64,000 nucleotides of DNA from Bdellovibrionota bacterium (GCA_963668355.1 OY764265.1:1632001-1696000); one strand, 5' to 3'; shown: positions 49,217 through 58,321, numbered from the stretch's first letter. Notes: generated from the letters alone by a model not told the origin. Numbers and translations are program-made.

Positions 49217-49864
49217 ATGCATGGACATGGACATCACGCCCCTGAACTTTTTGGGGTTCTTTCTTTTTTGGGTTTCGGACTGTTGACCGGCTTGCACTGC
49301 ATCGGCATGTGCGGCCCCCTGTCGTCAATCATGGTTGGCGTAGATAAAGCCAAGGCCTGGCCCCGTTTGGCGGCGTATCATGGCTTTCGCGTTCTTTCTT
49401 ATGCCCTGATCGGTTTTTCGTTAAACGCACTTCCCATAAATTTCAATGGAAAAGCCCCCTTTCCCATTTTGTTCTGGGTGGTTGTGGCTCTTTTGGCCGC
49501 TTATGTCCTAGGGGTTCGCATTCCATCTCCTCCTTTTGTGATGCGCGCTCAAAGCTGGTTACTTGCGAAAGTGAAAACTCCTCGGTTGATGTTGCGATCC
49601 GTCATTTTGGGATTTTTCTCTCCCCTGCTTCCCTGTGGCATTCTTTATGCCGTTTTTGCGGCTTCTTTGGCTGCACCTTCCGCTTGGCATGGGGCTTTGT
49701 GGATGGGCGTGTTTGCGATGGGGACCGTTCCCCTTCTTCTGGGTGCTCAGTTAGGCATTCGAATGTTGGGAAACAATGTTTTCCCAAAAGCCCGTGCCGT
49801 GATTTTGAAACTCTCTGCAGCGGGAACCCTGTTCTTCTTTATTTACATGAAACTCCTGCGTTAG
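49217..49864 (+). CDS. DsbD_2/TauE-like membrane protein (cbb3 biogenesis, Cu handling)
   Basis: HCIGMCGPL, YHGFRVLSY, LLPCGILY and FAMGTVP; His-rich N-terminus from ATG 49217. Confidence 0.85.
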   Translation: MHGHGHHAPELFGVLSFLGFGLLTGLHCIGMCGPLSSIMVGVDKAKAWPRLAAYHGFRVLSYALIGFSLNALPINFNGKAPFPILFWVVVALLAAYVLGVRIPSPPFVMRAQSWLLAKVKTPRLMLRSVILGFFSPLLPCGILYAVFAASLAAPSAWHGALWMGVFAMGTVPLLLGAQLGIRMLGNNVFPKARAVILKLSAAGTLFFFIYMKLLR

Positions 49865-51623
49865 TTTCTCCGTGAGGGCTTGGGAGGCGTCTACGCCTTA
49901 TTTGAAAGATCCATAGGAGGAGGGAGAGTAAAACCCCCGCTCCTGTTGCCGAAGTGTTTTGACAACCCGAACTTGAGGGGGCAGAAAAGCCACCCGCAGA
50001 ATTGTCGGCAACCAATCCTCCAGATCCGTTGGATACAAGAGGATATCCGTAGCTCACATTGCCGTATTGATCGATGACTGTGAGGTAGAGATTGAAAATA
50101 TTATCAAAAGCGCCCAGATTGATATCGACGGAGATTTCCTCATCGTCCCAACTGGATACGGATTGAATGCTAAACTGTGTTGCCTGCGTATAATCTTGCG
50201 TGTCCGAAAGAATCACGCGGGCAAGGGTGGTGGCAGCATAGTAGTCATCAATGAAGACGTGAATTTCATGTTCGAAATTGGCAAGCATGAGCCCCAAAAT
50301 TGTGGAATTCATTTGAAAATCAAAGCCCGTGGCCCGAGTCATGGCGGTAATGTCAAAAGCGGAGGATTGATTCACGCGGAAATATACGCGTCCATCTGGA
50401 ATCCCCGGAGTGCTCAGTACTTTGTGCATTTCAATGCGCGAAAAGGTTCCATCATAGGCTGGAAAATCTGAAACACTTCCTGGGCTATGTCCCCCCTGAG
50501 CCCCATTGTTGAAATAGGTTGATGTAGTATTCGGCCATGGCGTCGTGGACTGTCCCATCCCCATATCTCCCGGTCCATTGTACGTTCCAGCTTCTTCGTG
50601 ATCGGAATTCACGCGTGAAAATTTCCAAACGCCGTTGACGTCCTCCGGGTAGTCCGTTTGGAAAGCCAGCATATAAGAAATGAACACATCGTTCGAAGCG
50701 TCGTATTGAAGATCGTTTGTGGCAAAGGTGCTGTTGGTTTCGCCGGTTTCTGTTGATCCGGTAGCACATAAACTTCCAGAGTATGCACGTGAGTTGGTGA
50801 TCACCCCACCCGCATGATAGTCCCTCCATTGGGTTCCAGGAATATCAGAGACTTTGCTTCCATTTGATCCGTCTTCAAAATCATCGAAGATGATTTGTTC
50901 TCCCCCCCGACGTTTAAAATGATTCCCCTGGATCGTAAGAGATTGGTTGTCTCTGATGACGTTGGCGATCGTAGGTCGATGGGGCCAAAATTCAAAACCG
51001 GTTAGATTTCGGTCCCCGTCGTCGTCGGTTACAAACACATAAATGGGGGAAAGATCCTCCAGACCACTCAGGTCAACCTCGAACGTGATGGCCTGACTTT
51101 CCCAGGTCGAAATGCTCTGTTCCACTCTTAGGCTTGAATCTTCCCAGGTAGAAGCGTTGGCCAAATGAATGGCCGCAGAGTTGGAATCAGAGGTAAATCC
51201 TGTTCCCAAGACAGTCGCGCGATACGTTTCGGTCCCGGAAAACTCAAGGGCAGATATTTTTGGGTGGCCAAACACGATGGGTTCTCCAATATAAGCGGCT
51301 TCTTCATCGGGATCTCCATTGGAAGGAATGACGTAGACGGTGTCACCATCATTAAATCCGGAAAAATCTGCACGTATTTCAATGGGGCCCGTCCAACCTC
51401 CACGGGATAAAACCTCTTGTTCGACGGATGTATTGCATAAATTGTAAGTGGCGTTGTCACAGAAAAATACGCGAAGTGTCGGAAGCACAGCTAATGAGGT
51501 CGCATCTAGGAGCAATGTTTCGCCCTGTTCAGGCTCGCCATCTACGCTTCGAATGAGAGGCGCGGCAAAGGATGAAAGTGAGGTGAGTAAGACGCCCAAA
51601 AAGATCGAAATTTTACATTTCAT
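49839..51623 (-). CDS. Secreted multi-domain surface protein (Ig/IPT-like repeats + lectin/polysaccharide-lyase-like beta-sandwich) with Cys-TM-Arg C-terminal sorting signal
   Basis: Signal peptide; repeated EQ..S.W....I modules; FDDFEDG...RAYSG, RIEMHKVLSTPGIPDG and FIDDYY; tail SSSGCQNTSATGAGVLLSLLLWIFQIRRRR. Confidence 0.7.
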   Translation of the reverse strand: MKCKISIFLGVLLTSLSSFAAPLIRSVDGEPEQGETLLLDATSLAVLPTLRVFFCDNATYNLCNTSVEQEVLSRGGWTGPIEIRADFSGFNDGDTVYVIPSNGDPDEEAAYIGEPIVFGHPKISALEFSGTETYRATVLGTGFTSDSNSAAIHLANASTWEDSSLRVEQSISTWESQAITFEVDLSGLEDLSPIYVFVTDDDGDRNLTGFEFWPHRPTIANVIRDNQSLTIQGNHFKRRGGEQIIFDDFEDGSNGSKVSDIPGTQWRDYHAGGVITNSRAYSGSLCATGSTETGETNSTFATNDLQYDASNDVFISYMLAFQTDYPEDVNGVWKFSRVNSDHEEAGTYNGPGDMGMGQSTTPWPNTTSTYFNNGAQGGHSPGSVSDFPAYDGTFSRIEMHKVLSTPGIPDGRVYFRVNQSSAFDITAMTRATGFDFQMNSTILGLMLANFEHEIHVFIDDYYAATTLARVILSDTQDYTQATQFSIQSVSSWDDEEISVDINLGAFDNIFNLYLTVIDQYGNVSYGYPLVSNGSGGLVADNSAGGFSAPSSSGCQNTSATGAGVLLSLLLWIFQIRRRRLPSPHGETNAGVSCK

Positions 51624-51646
51624 GAACATTCTCCGGAGAAAAACCG

Positions 51647-51662
51647 AGCATTCCACATGCCA
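51647..51662 (-). promoter_or_regulatory. Sigma54-like promoter
   Basis: Minus strand TGGCATGTGGAATGCT (GG-N10-GC), ending 23 nt upstream of ATG 51623. Confidence 0.6.
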
Positions 51663-51751
51663 GTTAAAACAGAGGCTAAGTGTCTAAATTATAAAGAGAA
51701 AGACTTGAGAAGCCCACTGACCTTTTTGCTGAGGCCGCAAAGAAGTCAGGG

Positions 51752-52168
51752 CTAGTCCACGAATACTTTGCTCACGGGGTGTCCAGCTTTTTTCCACCCT
51801 GCAATGCCATCTCCGAGAACAAAGACTTTTTTATAACCGAATTTTTTGACTGCGCGCCGCGCAGCCGTGTGGCTGGCTGTTCAATACATATTGGAACAGT
51901 AAAAGATGAGAGAGGCCTCCTTATCTTCCGGAAGCTCTTTCTTGTCGTAGGATCGAAATTTCACCCATCTGGTTGGAGGGTCATGGGCAATGTGACCTTT
52001 TTCAAACGTAGACTTCGAATTGGCATCAATGAAATACGTGTTTGGCTGTTTCATCATCGCCACAGCCTGATCCACGCTAATCATCGTGAACTCGTCTTTT
52101 TCGGCTCGCGCCATCAAAAACACAAAAGCAGACAAAACGAGAGCGATGCCAATGATTTTCTTCGTCAT
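51752..52168 (-). CDS. Secreted rhodanese-like protein with in-frame UGA at codon 96 (candidate selenoprotein, 138 aa)
   Basis: The track ORF stops at ...LIFYCSNMY-TGA (51881..51883), but the frame continues TASHTAARRAVKKFGYKKVFVLGDGIAGWKKAGHPVSKVFVD-TAG, which is the missing C-terminal half of a rhodanese fold. Confidence 0.8.
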
Positions 52169-52214
52169 GATGGTCTTAGGCTACCCCGATCCGGAAAGAA
52201 GAATCAAGAGGGGA

Positions 52215-53333
52215 CTAGGAATACAATAGGAAAGGTTCTCGGCGGGTTTTGTATTCTGCGAGATCTTCTTCCCAGCTTTGGACAATGTCAGCAAGTGAGA
52301 CGCCAGATAGCAGTTGCGTTCTTAGCTCGGAACTCCCTGCAAGAATGTCAAAAGGCATTTTTTGGGTTTCGTATTCGTAGGGTGGGGAAAGAAATTCGAA
52401 ATGATCTTCATGATCTTCCAGGATCACTTTCAAAATGCCGACAGCTGTGAGGACAGGTTGAAATACCTTTCGATCCAAAATATGAATTTGGGCTCCGAAA
52501 CACAACTCCTCTTTCCACTTATCGAACGTGGGTTCAAAACCAATGGGACGAAAATGAACACCCCGTAATTGGAGTGAGTTGAGTTTTTGACAGAGTGTGT
52601 GAGATTCCAGCCAAGGTGCTCCGAAACACTCGAACGGTCGTGTGGTGCCTCTTCCTTCGGAGAGGTTGGTCCCCTCTAGAAGTTCCATTCCCGGATACAC
52701 CAACGTAGAATCCAATGTGGGGAGATTGGGAGAGGGCATGACCCATTGAAGATTCAGTTGGTCAAAGAAATCTTTTCGTTTCCATTCGGTCATCGGCTCC
52801 ACGAAAAGGTCCAAATCCATGTTTCGTTCTGACTTCATCATTCGTGCGAGTTCTCCGATTGTAAGTCCATGACGAATGGGGATCTCATGAAGACCCACAA
52901 AACTAAAAAACTCTTTTTGTAGAATTGGTCCCTCGATATCCACGCCATTGATGGGGTTGGGGCGATCCAACACTCGAACCGACACGCCTTCTTCACTACA
53001 AGCCTCCATGACGTTGAGCAGTGTCCACACGTAGGTATAACCGCGGGCTCCGACGTCCTGAAGGTCCACAATGATCTGGTCGATGCCTTTGAGCATTTCG
53101 GCCGTGGGTTTTCGAACGTCGCCGTAAAGACTGTGGATGGGAATCCCCCGAATCGTGTCTTGGCTACTTTCCACTTCGATCATATTGGCCTGCGTGTGTC
53201 CTGAAAAACCATGCTGGGGCGAAAAAATGGCTGCCAGAGGAATGCCAGCCCGAACCAACACGTCGGCGGTGTGCTCAAGGGTCGAGGTCACGGAAGCTTG
53301 ATTGGCTAAGAGAGCTACTTTCGGGTTGGCCAT
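52215..53333 (-). CDS. namZ: Exo-beta-N-acetylmuramidase NamZ (DUF1343/YbbC family)
   Basis: FSPQHG, HSLYG, DLQDVGARGYTY, VLDRPNP, RHGLTIGE, PSPNLP and SEGRGTTRPFE. Confidence 0.9.
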   Translation of the reverse strand: MANPKVALLANQASVTSTLEHTADVLVRAGIPLAAIFSPQHGFSGHTQANMIEVESSQDTIRGIPIHSLYGDVRKPTAEMLKGIDQIIVDLQDVGARGYTYVWTLLNVMEACSEEGVSVRVLDRPNPINGVDIEGPILQKEFFSFVGLHEIPIRHGLTIGELARMMKSERNMDLDLFVEPMTEWKRKDFFDQLNLQWVMPSPNLPTLDSTLVYPGMELLEGTNLSEGRGTTRPFECFGAPWLESHTLCQKLNSLQLRGVHFRPIGFEPTFDKWKEELCFGAQIHILDRKVFQPVLTAVGILKVILEDHEDHFEFLSPPYEYETQKMPFDILAGSSELRTQLLSGVSLADIVQSWEEDLAEYKTRREPFLLYS

Positions 53334-53427
53334 GTCGTTATCATACGCTCATACCCGCAAGTACGAGGAGGTTTTTCTAGTTTCCGAAGCGCATTTGCAA
53401 ACGTACTCGAAGGAAAAGAAAGACGGA

Positions 53428-54561
53428 CTAGTTGGTCGAAGAAAAAAAATCCAATTGAAGTTTGCGTATTCCCCAAAGTGCCCACACCAAGCCCAGTAAG
53501 AGAAAAGTGGACGACATCGAAGAAGAACAGCCCGTGCTTGAAACTCTGCCTCCGTTCCCGTTTACTTCACCCTGGGTCGCTTCTAACGATGGGTCGGAAG
53601 AGTCATCTGCCTGGACATCGTCCGAAAATGAATCTCCGTTTTCGTCGGGACCGATTTCTTCGTTGGTGGGAGGGTCGGGCGGCATCTCGATGTCGTCCAA
53701 TGAATCAGGTAAGCCGTTGTAGAATTTGAAATTGTCAATTTGCCAGCCAAAGGAACTCGACGGAGCATACATGCCGCCATACATGGAGGGAGCGGCAACT
53801 CTTTTGAAAAGATCTGAATCTTCATCTCGGTAGCGGTAATCATCGATGTCCAAAATCAAGCATCCGTCAATCCAGAAGCGGGCGATACCATTGGCTTCGG
53901 AGGCGGGCACGTTGAGCTTTGTATGCATACGGAAATTATGCCAACGGCCGACCATCCATTCGTCTACGCTCAGGCCGTTCAATTTGCCTTGAATACAACT
54001 AAGCGAAGAGAGGGAGACTTTTCGGTTGCCATGGCCTCCGTCTTCGCCCACGGGTTCATTCCGGTTGCTTACGATGTCCCAGGTATTCCAGTTGTCGCCA
54101 ATCGGACGAACGATATGATTGAAATTGCGATTGTACTCGCCTTCAAAAAACTTACCTTCCAACCAAATCCATTTGATGTCGTATTCTTTGTCGGCATTGG
54201 CGTCGACAAATGCCCAAAAATCGAGAAACAATTCGTCGGTAATGTCGTAGTCCCAAAGTTCCGACACGCCTATTTTGGCAAAGCGGCTTTGGGCCGTAGG
54301 GTCTGTGGTTAGTCCCGTGATGGGGTCCGTAAAATCGCTGAACCAATTTCCCCGCAGGCAATTGTCTTCCAGGCAATTTGCCCCTTCTGATTGTCCCACC
54401 ACCCCCTTCGCACAAGGATTCTCCTCAAGCCATATGTTTTCATCAATGGTTGCAGGGCTATTAAAGGTCTCTTCGAAAACAAGTTCTTGCCCCAAAACCG
54501 GCCATGCCGAAAATACGACAAGAAGAAATTGTGAAACCAAGAATTTTTGTCCCTTACGCAT
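53428..54561 (-). CDS. Secreted lectin/polysaccharide-lyase-like protein with Cys-TM-basic C-terminal sorting signal
   Basis: Signal peptide; GRWHNFRMHTKLNVP...NGIARFWIDG and WQIDNF; acidic Pro linker; tail SSTGCSSSMSSTFLLLGLVWALWGIRK. Confidence 0.7.
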   Translation of the reverse strand: MRKGQKFLVSQFLLVVFSAWPVLGQELVFEETFNSPATIDENIWLEENPCAKGVVGQSEGANCLEDNCLRGNWFSDFTDPITGLTTDPTAQSRFAKIGVSELWDYDITDELFLDFWAFVDANADKEYDIKWIWLEGKFFEGEYNRNFNHIVRPIGDNWNTWDIVSNRNEPVGEDGGHGNRKVSLSSLSCIQGKLNGLSVDEWMVGRWHNFRMHTKLNVPASEANGIARFWIDGCLILDIDDYRYRDEDSDLFKRVAAPSMYGGMYAPSSSFGWQIDNFKFYNGLPDSLDDIEMPPDPPTNEEIGPDENGDSFSDDVQADDSSDPSLEATQGEVNGNGGRVSSTGCSSSMSSTFLLLGLVWALWGIRKLQLDFFSSTN

Positions 54562-54580
54562 ATTTTCTTCCCTTAAGGAA

Positions 54581-54596
54581 TGCTAAAGTCATGCCA
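54581..54596 (-). promoter_or_regulatory. Sigma54-like promoter
   Basis: Minus strand TGGCATGACTTTAGCA (GG-N10-GC), ending 19 nt upstream of ATG 54561. Confidence 0.5.
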
Positions 54597-54721
54597 AATA
54601 TTCCCGCCAAAATCTTAAAAAACTTCATTAATATTCATAGCTTAATGAGGGCCAAGTTGAGCTTGTGGCGGGGCCAAGAAAAAGTCGGAAAAGAATGCAG
54701 ACTCTCAACATTTTTTGCCGA

Positions 54722-55555
54722 TCAATCTAAGAAAAGATCGGGATGTAAAGACGTACCTGGTTTCACCGCATATTTTTCAAAGTTTGTTACACCTTCGTCA
54801 CGCAAAACATCTTCGTCAATAAAGAAGTTCCCCGTGCATTCTTGACTGGGTTTCGTGAGAATGGCCCAGGCTGCATTGGCCATGATCTCCACCGTTCGGC
54901 TTGCCTCAATCATGGGTTGTCCCCCCAATAGATTTTTTACGGCGACAGTGGCAATTGTCGTTTTGGGCCACAAAGCATTCACGGCAATGTTGTGGGGACG
55001 AAATTCTTCCGCCATGCCCAACACCCAAAAACTCATGGCATATTTGGAAGCCGTGTAGGCTGCGTGATCCTTAAAATGTTTTGTCGCAACATTTATGGGG
55101 GGCGAAAGATTCAGGACGTGAGGATTGGACGCTTTTTTTAGATACGGGAGGGCGAACTTTGTCAAAAGATAGCTTCCTCGTGCATTGATTTGCCAAACCC
55201 GATCCAACATTTTAATGGTCGTTTGTTCGGTGTTTGTGAGGCTGATGGCGCTGGCATTGTTGATGACGATGTCGATTCCACCAAACTGCTCCACGGCGGC
55301 ATGGATTGTTTTCTCAATTTGTTCCTCAGAACGAACATCCGTTTTCAAGGGAAGGGCTTTTCCTCCGGCTTTTTCAATCTCTTCTGCGGCTGAAAATATG
55401 GTGCCGGGAAGCTTGGATCGTACTTTGGTGGTTTTGGCAGCTAGAACGATGTTGGCTCCATCCCGAGCAGCTCGAAGGCCGATGGCTTTGCCAATGCCAC
55501 GGCTTCCTCCAGATATAAGAAGTGTTTTTCCCTTAAGAGATTGTTTGTTGGACAT
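54722..55555 (-). CDS. SDR oxidoreductase, HSDL2-like
   Basis: ISGGSRGIG, LPGTIFSAAEEIE, NNASAISL, YTASKY, NALWPKTTIAT and TGNFFIDE. Confidence 0.9.
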   Translation of the reverse strand: MSNKQSLKGKTLLISGGSRGIGKAIGLRAARDGANIVLAAKTTKVRSKLPGTIFSAAEEIEKAGGKALPLKTDVRSEEQIEKTIHAAVEQFGGIDIVINNASAISLTNTEQTTIKMLDRVWQINARGSYLLTKFALPYLKKASNPHVLNLSPPINVATKHFKDHAAYTASKYAMSFWVLGMAEEFRPHNIAVNALWPKTTIATVAVKNLLGGQPMIEASRTVEIMANAAWAILTKPSQECTGNFFIDEDVLRDEGVTNFEKYAVKPGTSLHPDLFLD

Positions 55556-55588
55556 CAGAACGAAAACATACCCGGGATTAAATTTTCC

Positions 55589-56329
55589 CTAAAGGGCTAG
55601 TCCAAATTTAGCGAGAAATTCTTGAGGGGATTTTTCTTGGAACGAGGGTGGCTCAGGGGGCCAGGAAAGTTCACCGTTGGTGGCGGCAAGGGCTCGAATT
55701 TCATAGGAAGAATATTGATTTCGCAAGCGAGAAGCAGCCTCCCAATCAAATGGGCTGTCTCCGATGACCAAAACATGGCTTAGCGGGGCCGTGTCTTCCG
55801 TTTCGATGGCACGAATGGCCAATGCCATTCCAGAAGATTCGGGCTTTGAAAGATATTCCGAAGACCTCGGAAAATATCCCAACCATTTTGGAAGGGGTCG
55901 ACCCATGGACATGAGAAACGTGTTAATGGCATTTAAGGCCTTTTGAGTTCCCAGTTCCCCGTTGTTTGTGACCAAGGTCATTCGGACGCCTTGTTGATTC
56001 CATGCGCTTAAGCGAAACAACATGGATTCAATGAGGTGAATGTGCTCAATGTTTTTTTCTTCTTGAGAATTGAGATTCGAATAGATCTCTTCACGCAAAC
56101 ATTGAACCTCCTCACTTGATTTGATTGTTTCCAAATAAACGAGGGCTGCCTCCAAGGTTGTGAGGATGGGGCGAAAAGTTTGATTCCACCCATATGGTAA
56201 AAAAATTTCAGCCAATTCTTCCCGCCAGCGATCAATGGTTCCCTCTTTCATTTCAAAACGGACCAAGGTTTTGTCGAGATCCCAGATGATTCCGAGGTGT
56301 TTAGGAGAGTCAATCACCGAAAAGTTCAT
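55589..56329 (-). CDS. HAD-superfamily hydrolase/phosphatase
   Basis: Motif I IWDLDKTL, motif II LVTNN, motif III KP and motif IV IGDSPFD. Confidence 0.8.
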   Translation of the reverse strand: MNFSVIDSPKHLGIIWDLDKTLVRFEMKEGTIDRWREELAEIFLPYGWNQTFRPILTTLEAALVYLETIKSSEEVQCLREEIYSNLNSQEEKNIEHIHLIESMLFRLSAWNQQGVRMTLVTNNGELGTQKALNAINTFLMSMGRPLPKWLGYFPRSSEYLSKPESSGMALAIRAIETEDTAPLSHVLVIGDSPFDWEAASRLRNQYSSYEIRALAATNGELSWPPEPPSFQEKSPQEFLAKFGLAL

Positions 56330-58178
56330 CTTTCATGGCAAAAACATTTCCGAAATGTCTCATCACACGCAGGCCAATTTTGGGCTGAGGTAAAGGCAAG
56401 TGGTCGCCTAAAGCTAAACAGCATGCGGCCAATGGAAGATTCAATCCTGCAGCCACGGTCAGACTGATCGTTCCGGGAATTCGCGGATTGACTTCGATGA
56501 GTTGTGGTTTTCCTTGTTTGTTTCTTCGGAACTGCACATTGTTCAAGTAAGACAGTTTTAGAGTTTTTATCACTGTTTCGGCTGCTTCCTGAACGTCGGA
56601 CTCTTCAACCACTTCTGAAACCGTCGCTAACCCCCCAGTTGCTGCCAGCCGCAATCGAACGACGGAAGCGAGAGGCTCTCCCTCTCTGGCCAAGACGTCG
56701 ACGCTGTATTCTTTTCCAGGAAGATACGCCACAGCTAACTTGGGCCAATCATCTGGATCATTGCTTAACAGCTCATCCAATTCATGGGGTAAGGAAGGGA
56801 CCTCTTCTTGGAATCGCGTTTTGAGCCAGGCTTCGATTTCTTCCATGCTCCACCACTTTCGCCCTTGGGTGGGGGCTGGGTCGTGGGAGGGTCGGCCAAC
56901 GCAAAACATCCCAGCTCCACCGGTTCCTTGATCAGATTTCAGCAAGGCCGCTCCATGAGCCTGAGTCATTTCGCGCAAAGCCGGAAGAACTTCTTTGGGG
57001 TTTTTTAAAATTTGATGGTGTGGAAGGAGGTCAGGGTTCGAGTGGATCAAAGATTCAAAGAGGGCGGTCTTTCGATTGGCCTTTGCGATGGCCGTATGGT
57101 TCGAAACTACCACAGGGACATCAAACTCCTTTTGAATTTCCGGGCGAGAGAAATAGTCTTGATCCGCTGTGGATAAAGGCAAGATGAGATCGGCTCGGGC
57201 TTTTTTGACCTCGTGTTTGATCTGCTCCAAAAAATTCGAACTGGATCGAGGAGGAAGCAGAACTTGTTCGTCGCAACGATATAAACCCGCAGCCGTAGGG
57301 CGAATGTCTGCACCAATTAACGTCCAATTTGGAGCTTGTCTTTTTAGATCCTTTTCAAAGCCATGAACGGCTTCGTTTCCGACGCTGGTAAGAAATACGC
57401 GCACCGGCTTTTGCCACGAACGTTGTGGTCCGTCGATTTCACAAAGATGTTGCTTTCGATGTTTTTCGGCGAGGATGTTTAAGGTGCTCCCAGCGTAGGC
57501 CGGATGGGCCTTGAGCCAACCAATGAGTTCATGAAAAAAGTCGAGAAGGCCTTTTTGTTGTTTTTGAACAAACGGATCAAAATCTTTTTTGGATGCTCGG
57601 TTTAAGGGTGTTTTGGTTTTTTGAAGATGCTCTTTAAGTTGTCGATAGCCTTGGAGGTTGCAGGCATTTAAGGCAAGGAGTGTTGGATGAAAGTTAAAAA
57701 CCGTGGAACCAAAAGAACGAAAAATGCGAGGATGTGGGAAAGGATGCCCTTTTTCTAGGTGCACATCGTCCTCCCAGGCAATGCCAATGCGAACGATCCC
57801 GCAGGCATCTTGAATGGGATGGATTTCTTTCAGACCCATCAGAAGATCCGAAGAATCGTATAGAAGTCCACATTCTGCATAGGCTTCACCCAAGGGCGTG
57901 GAGCGAACCAATTGATGACTTCGTACGCCTTTGGCTTTGGGTACGAGTTCCTTCATGGTTTGGAGGACTTCCAACACTGTGCTGCCATGGGAGGAATTGG
58001 CTAGGAAGTTTGGATGCCACCCCAATTCAACATGCTTGGATGCCTTTAAGTCTTTCAAGATGGGACTTGCGTGTGTAACGAAGAAAGTTCCTTGAAATTT
58101 TTTTTGTTCAAGGAGATCAAGCGTTTCTTTGATGGCCCAATCAGGTGCCCAGTCTTCATCAAACGTCAAATGAATCAT
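56310..58178 (-). CDS. Polysaccharide-deacetylase-like (WbmS-type) domain fused to ATP-grasp ligase domain
   Basis: N-terminal LTFDEDWAPDW, TFFVTH, LGWHPNF, RSHQL, WEDD and FNFHP; C-terminal YLPGKEYSVD, NVQF and IEVNPRIPG. Confidence 0.8.
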   Translation of the reverse strand: MIHLTFDEDWAPDWAIKETLDLLEQKKFQGTFFVTHASPILKDLKASKHVELGWHPNFLANSSHGSTVLEVLQTMKELVPKAKGVRSHQLVRSTPLGEAYAECGLLYDSSDLLMGLKEIHPIQDACGIVRIGIAWEDDVHLEKGHPFPHPRIFRSFGSTVFNFHPTLLALNACNLQGYRQLKEHLQKTKTPLNRASKKDFDPFVQKQQKGLLDFFHELIGWLKAHPAYAGSTLNILAEKHRKQHLCEIDGPQRSWQKPVRVFLTSVGNEAVHGFEKDLKRQAPNWTLIGADIRPTAAGLYRCDEQVLLPPRSSSNFLEQIKHEVKKARADLILPLSTADQDYFSRPEIQKEFDVPVVVSNHTAIAKANRKTALFESLIHSNPDLLPHHQILKNPKEVLPALREMTQAHGAALLKSDQGTGGAGMFCVGRPSHDPAPTQGRKWWSMEEIEAWLKTRFQEEVPSLPHELDELLSNDPDDWPKLAVAYLPGKEYSVDVLAREGEPLASVVRLRLAATGGLATVSEVVEESDVQEAAETVIKTLKLSYLNNVQFRRNKQGKPQLIEVNPRIPGTISLTVAAGLNLPLAACCLALGDHLPLPQPKIGLRVMRHFGNVFAMKDELFGD

Positions 58179-58292
58179 ACATTTCTCAGTGGTTTCTCGT
58201 AGCCTATCATTCTTGCTCTGAATGAGGAGGAATGTTTAATGAGTTTTTTCGCCGGTTAATCTTTGTGTTGGGTTTTCGTTTTTTTCCACACC

Positions 58293-58321
58293 TTGACAAA
58301 AGGGTCTGTCTTGACTAGTTT
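58293..58321 (+). promoter_or_regulatory. Sigma70 promoter upstream of the KamA-family gene
   Basis: TTGACA-17 nt-TAGTTT. Confidence 0.55.

Noticed and set aside
51881..51883. Genome-wide UGA reassignment (genetic code 4 or 25) as the explanation for the in-frame UGA
   Set aside because: Many genes here end at TGA exactly at their family C-terminus or in ATGA/GTGA overlaps (actB, actC, actD, ccoNO, the SDR), so UGA is normally a stop.
51779..52450. 223-aa plus-strand ORF
   Set aside because: Antisense shadow of the rhodanese and namZ genes; no recognisable motifs.
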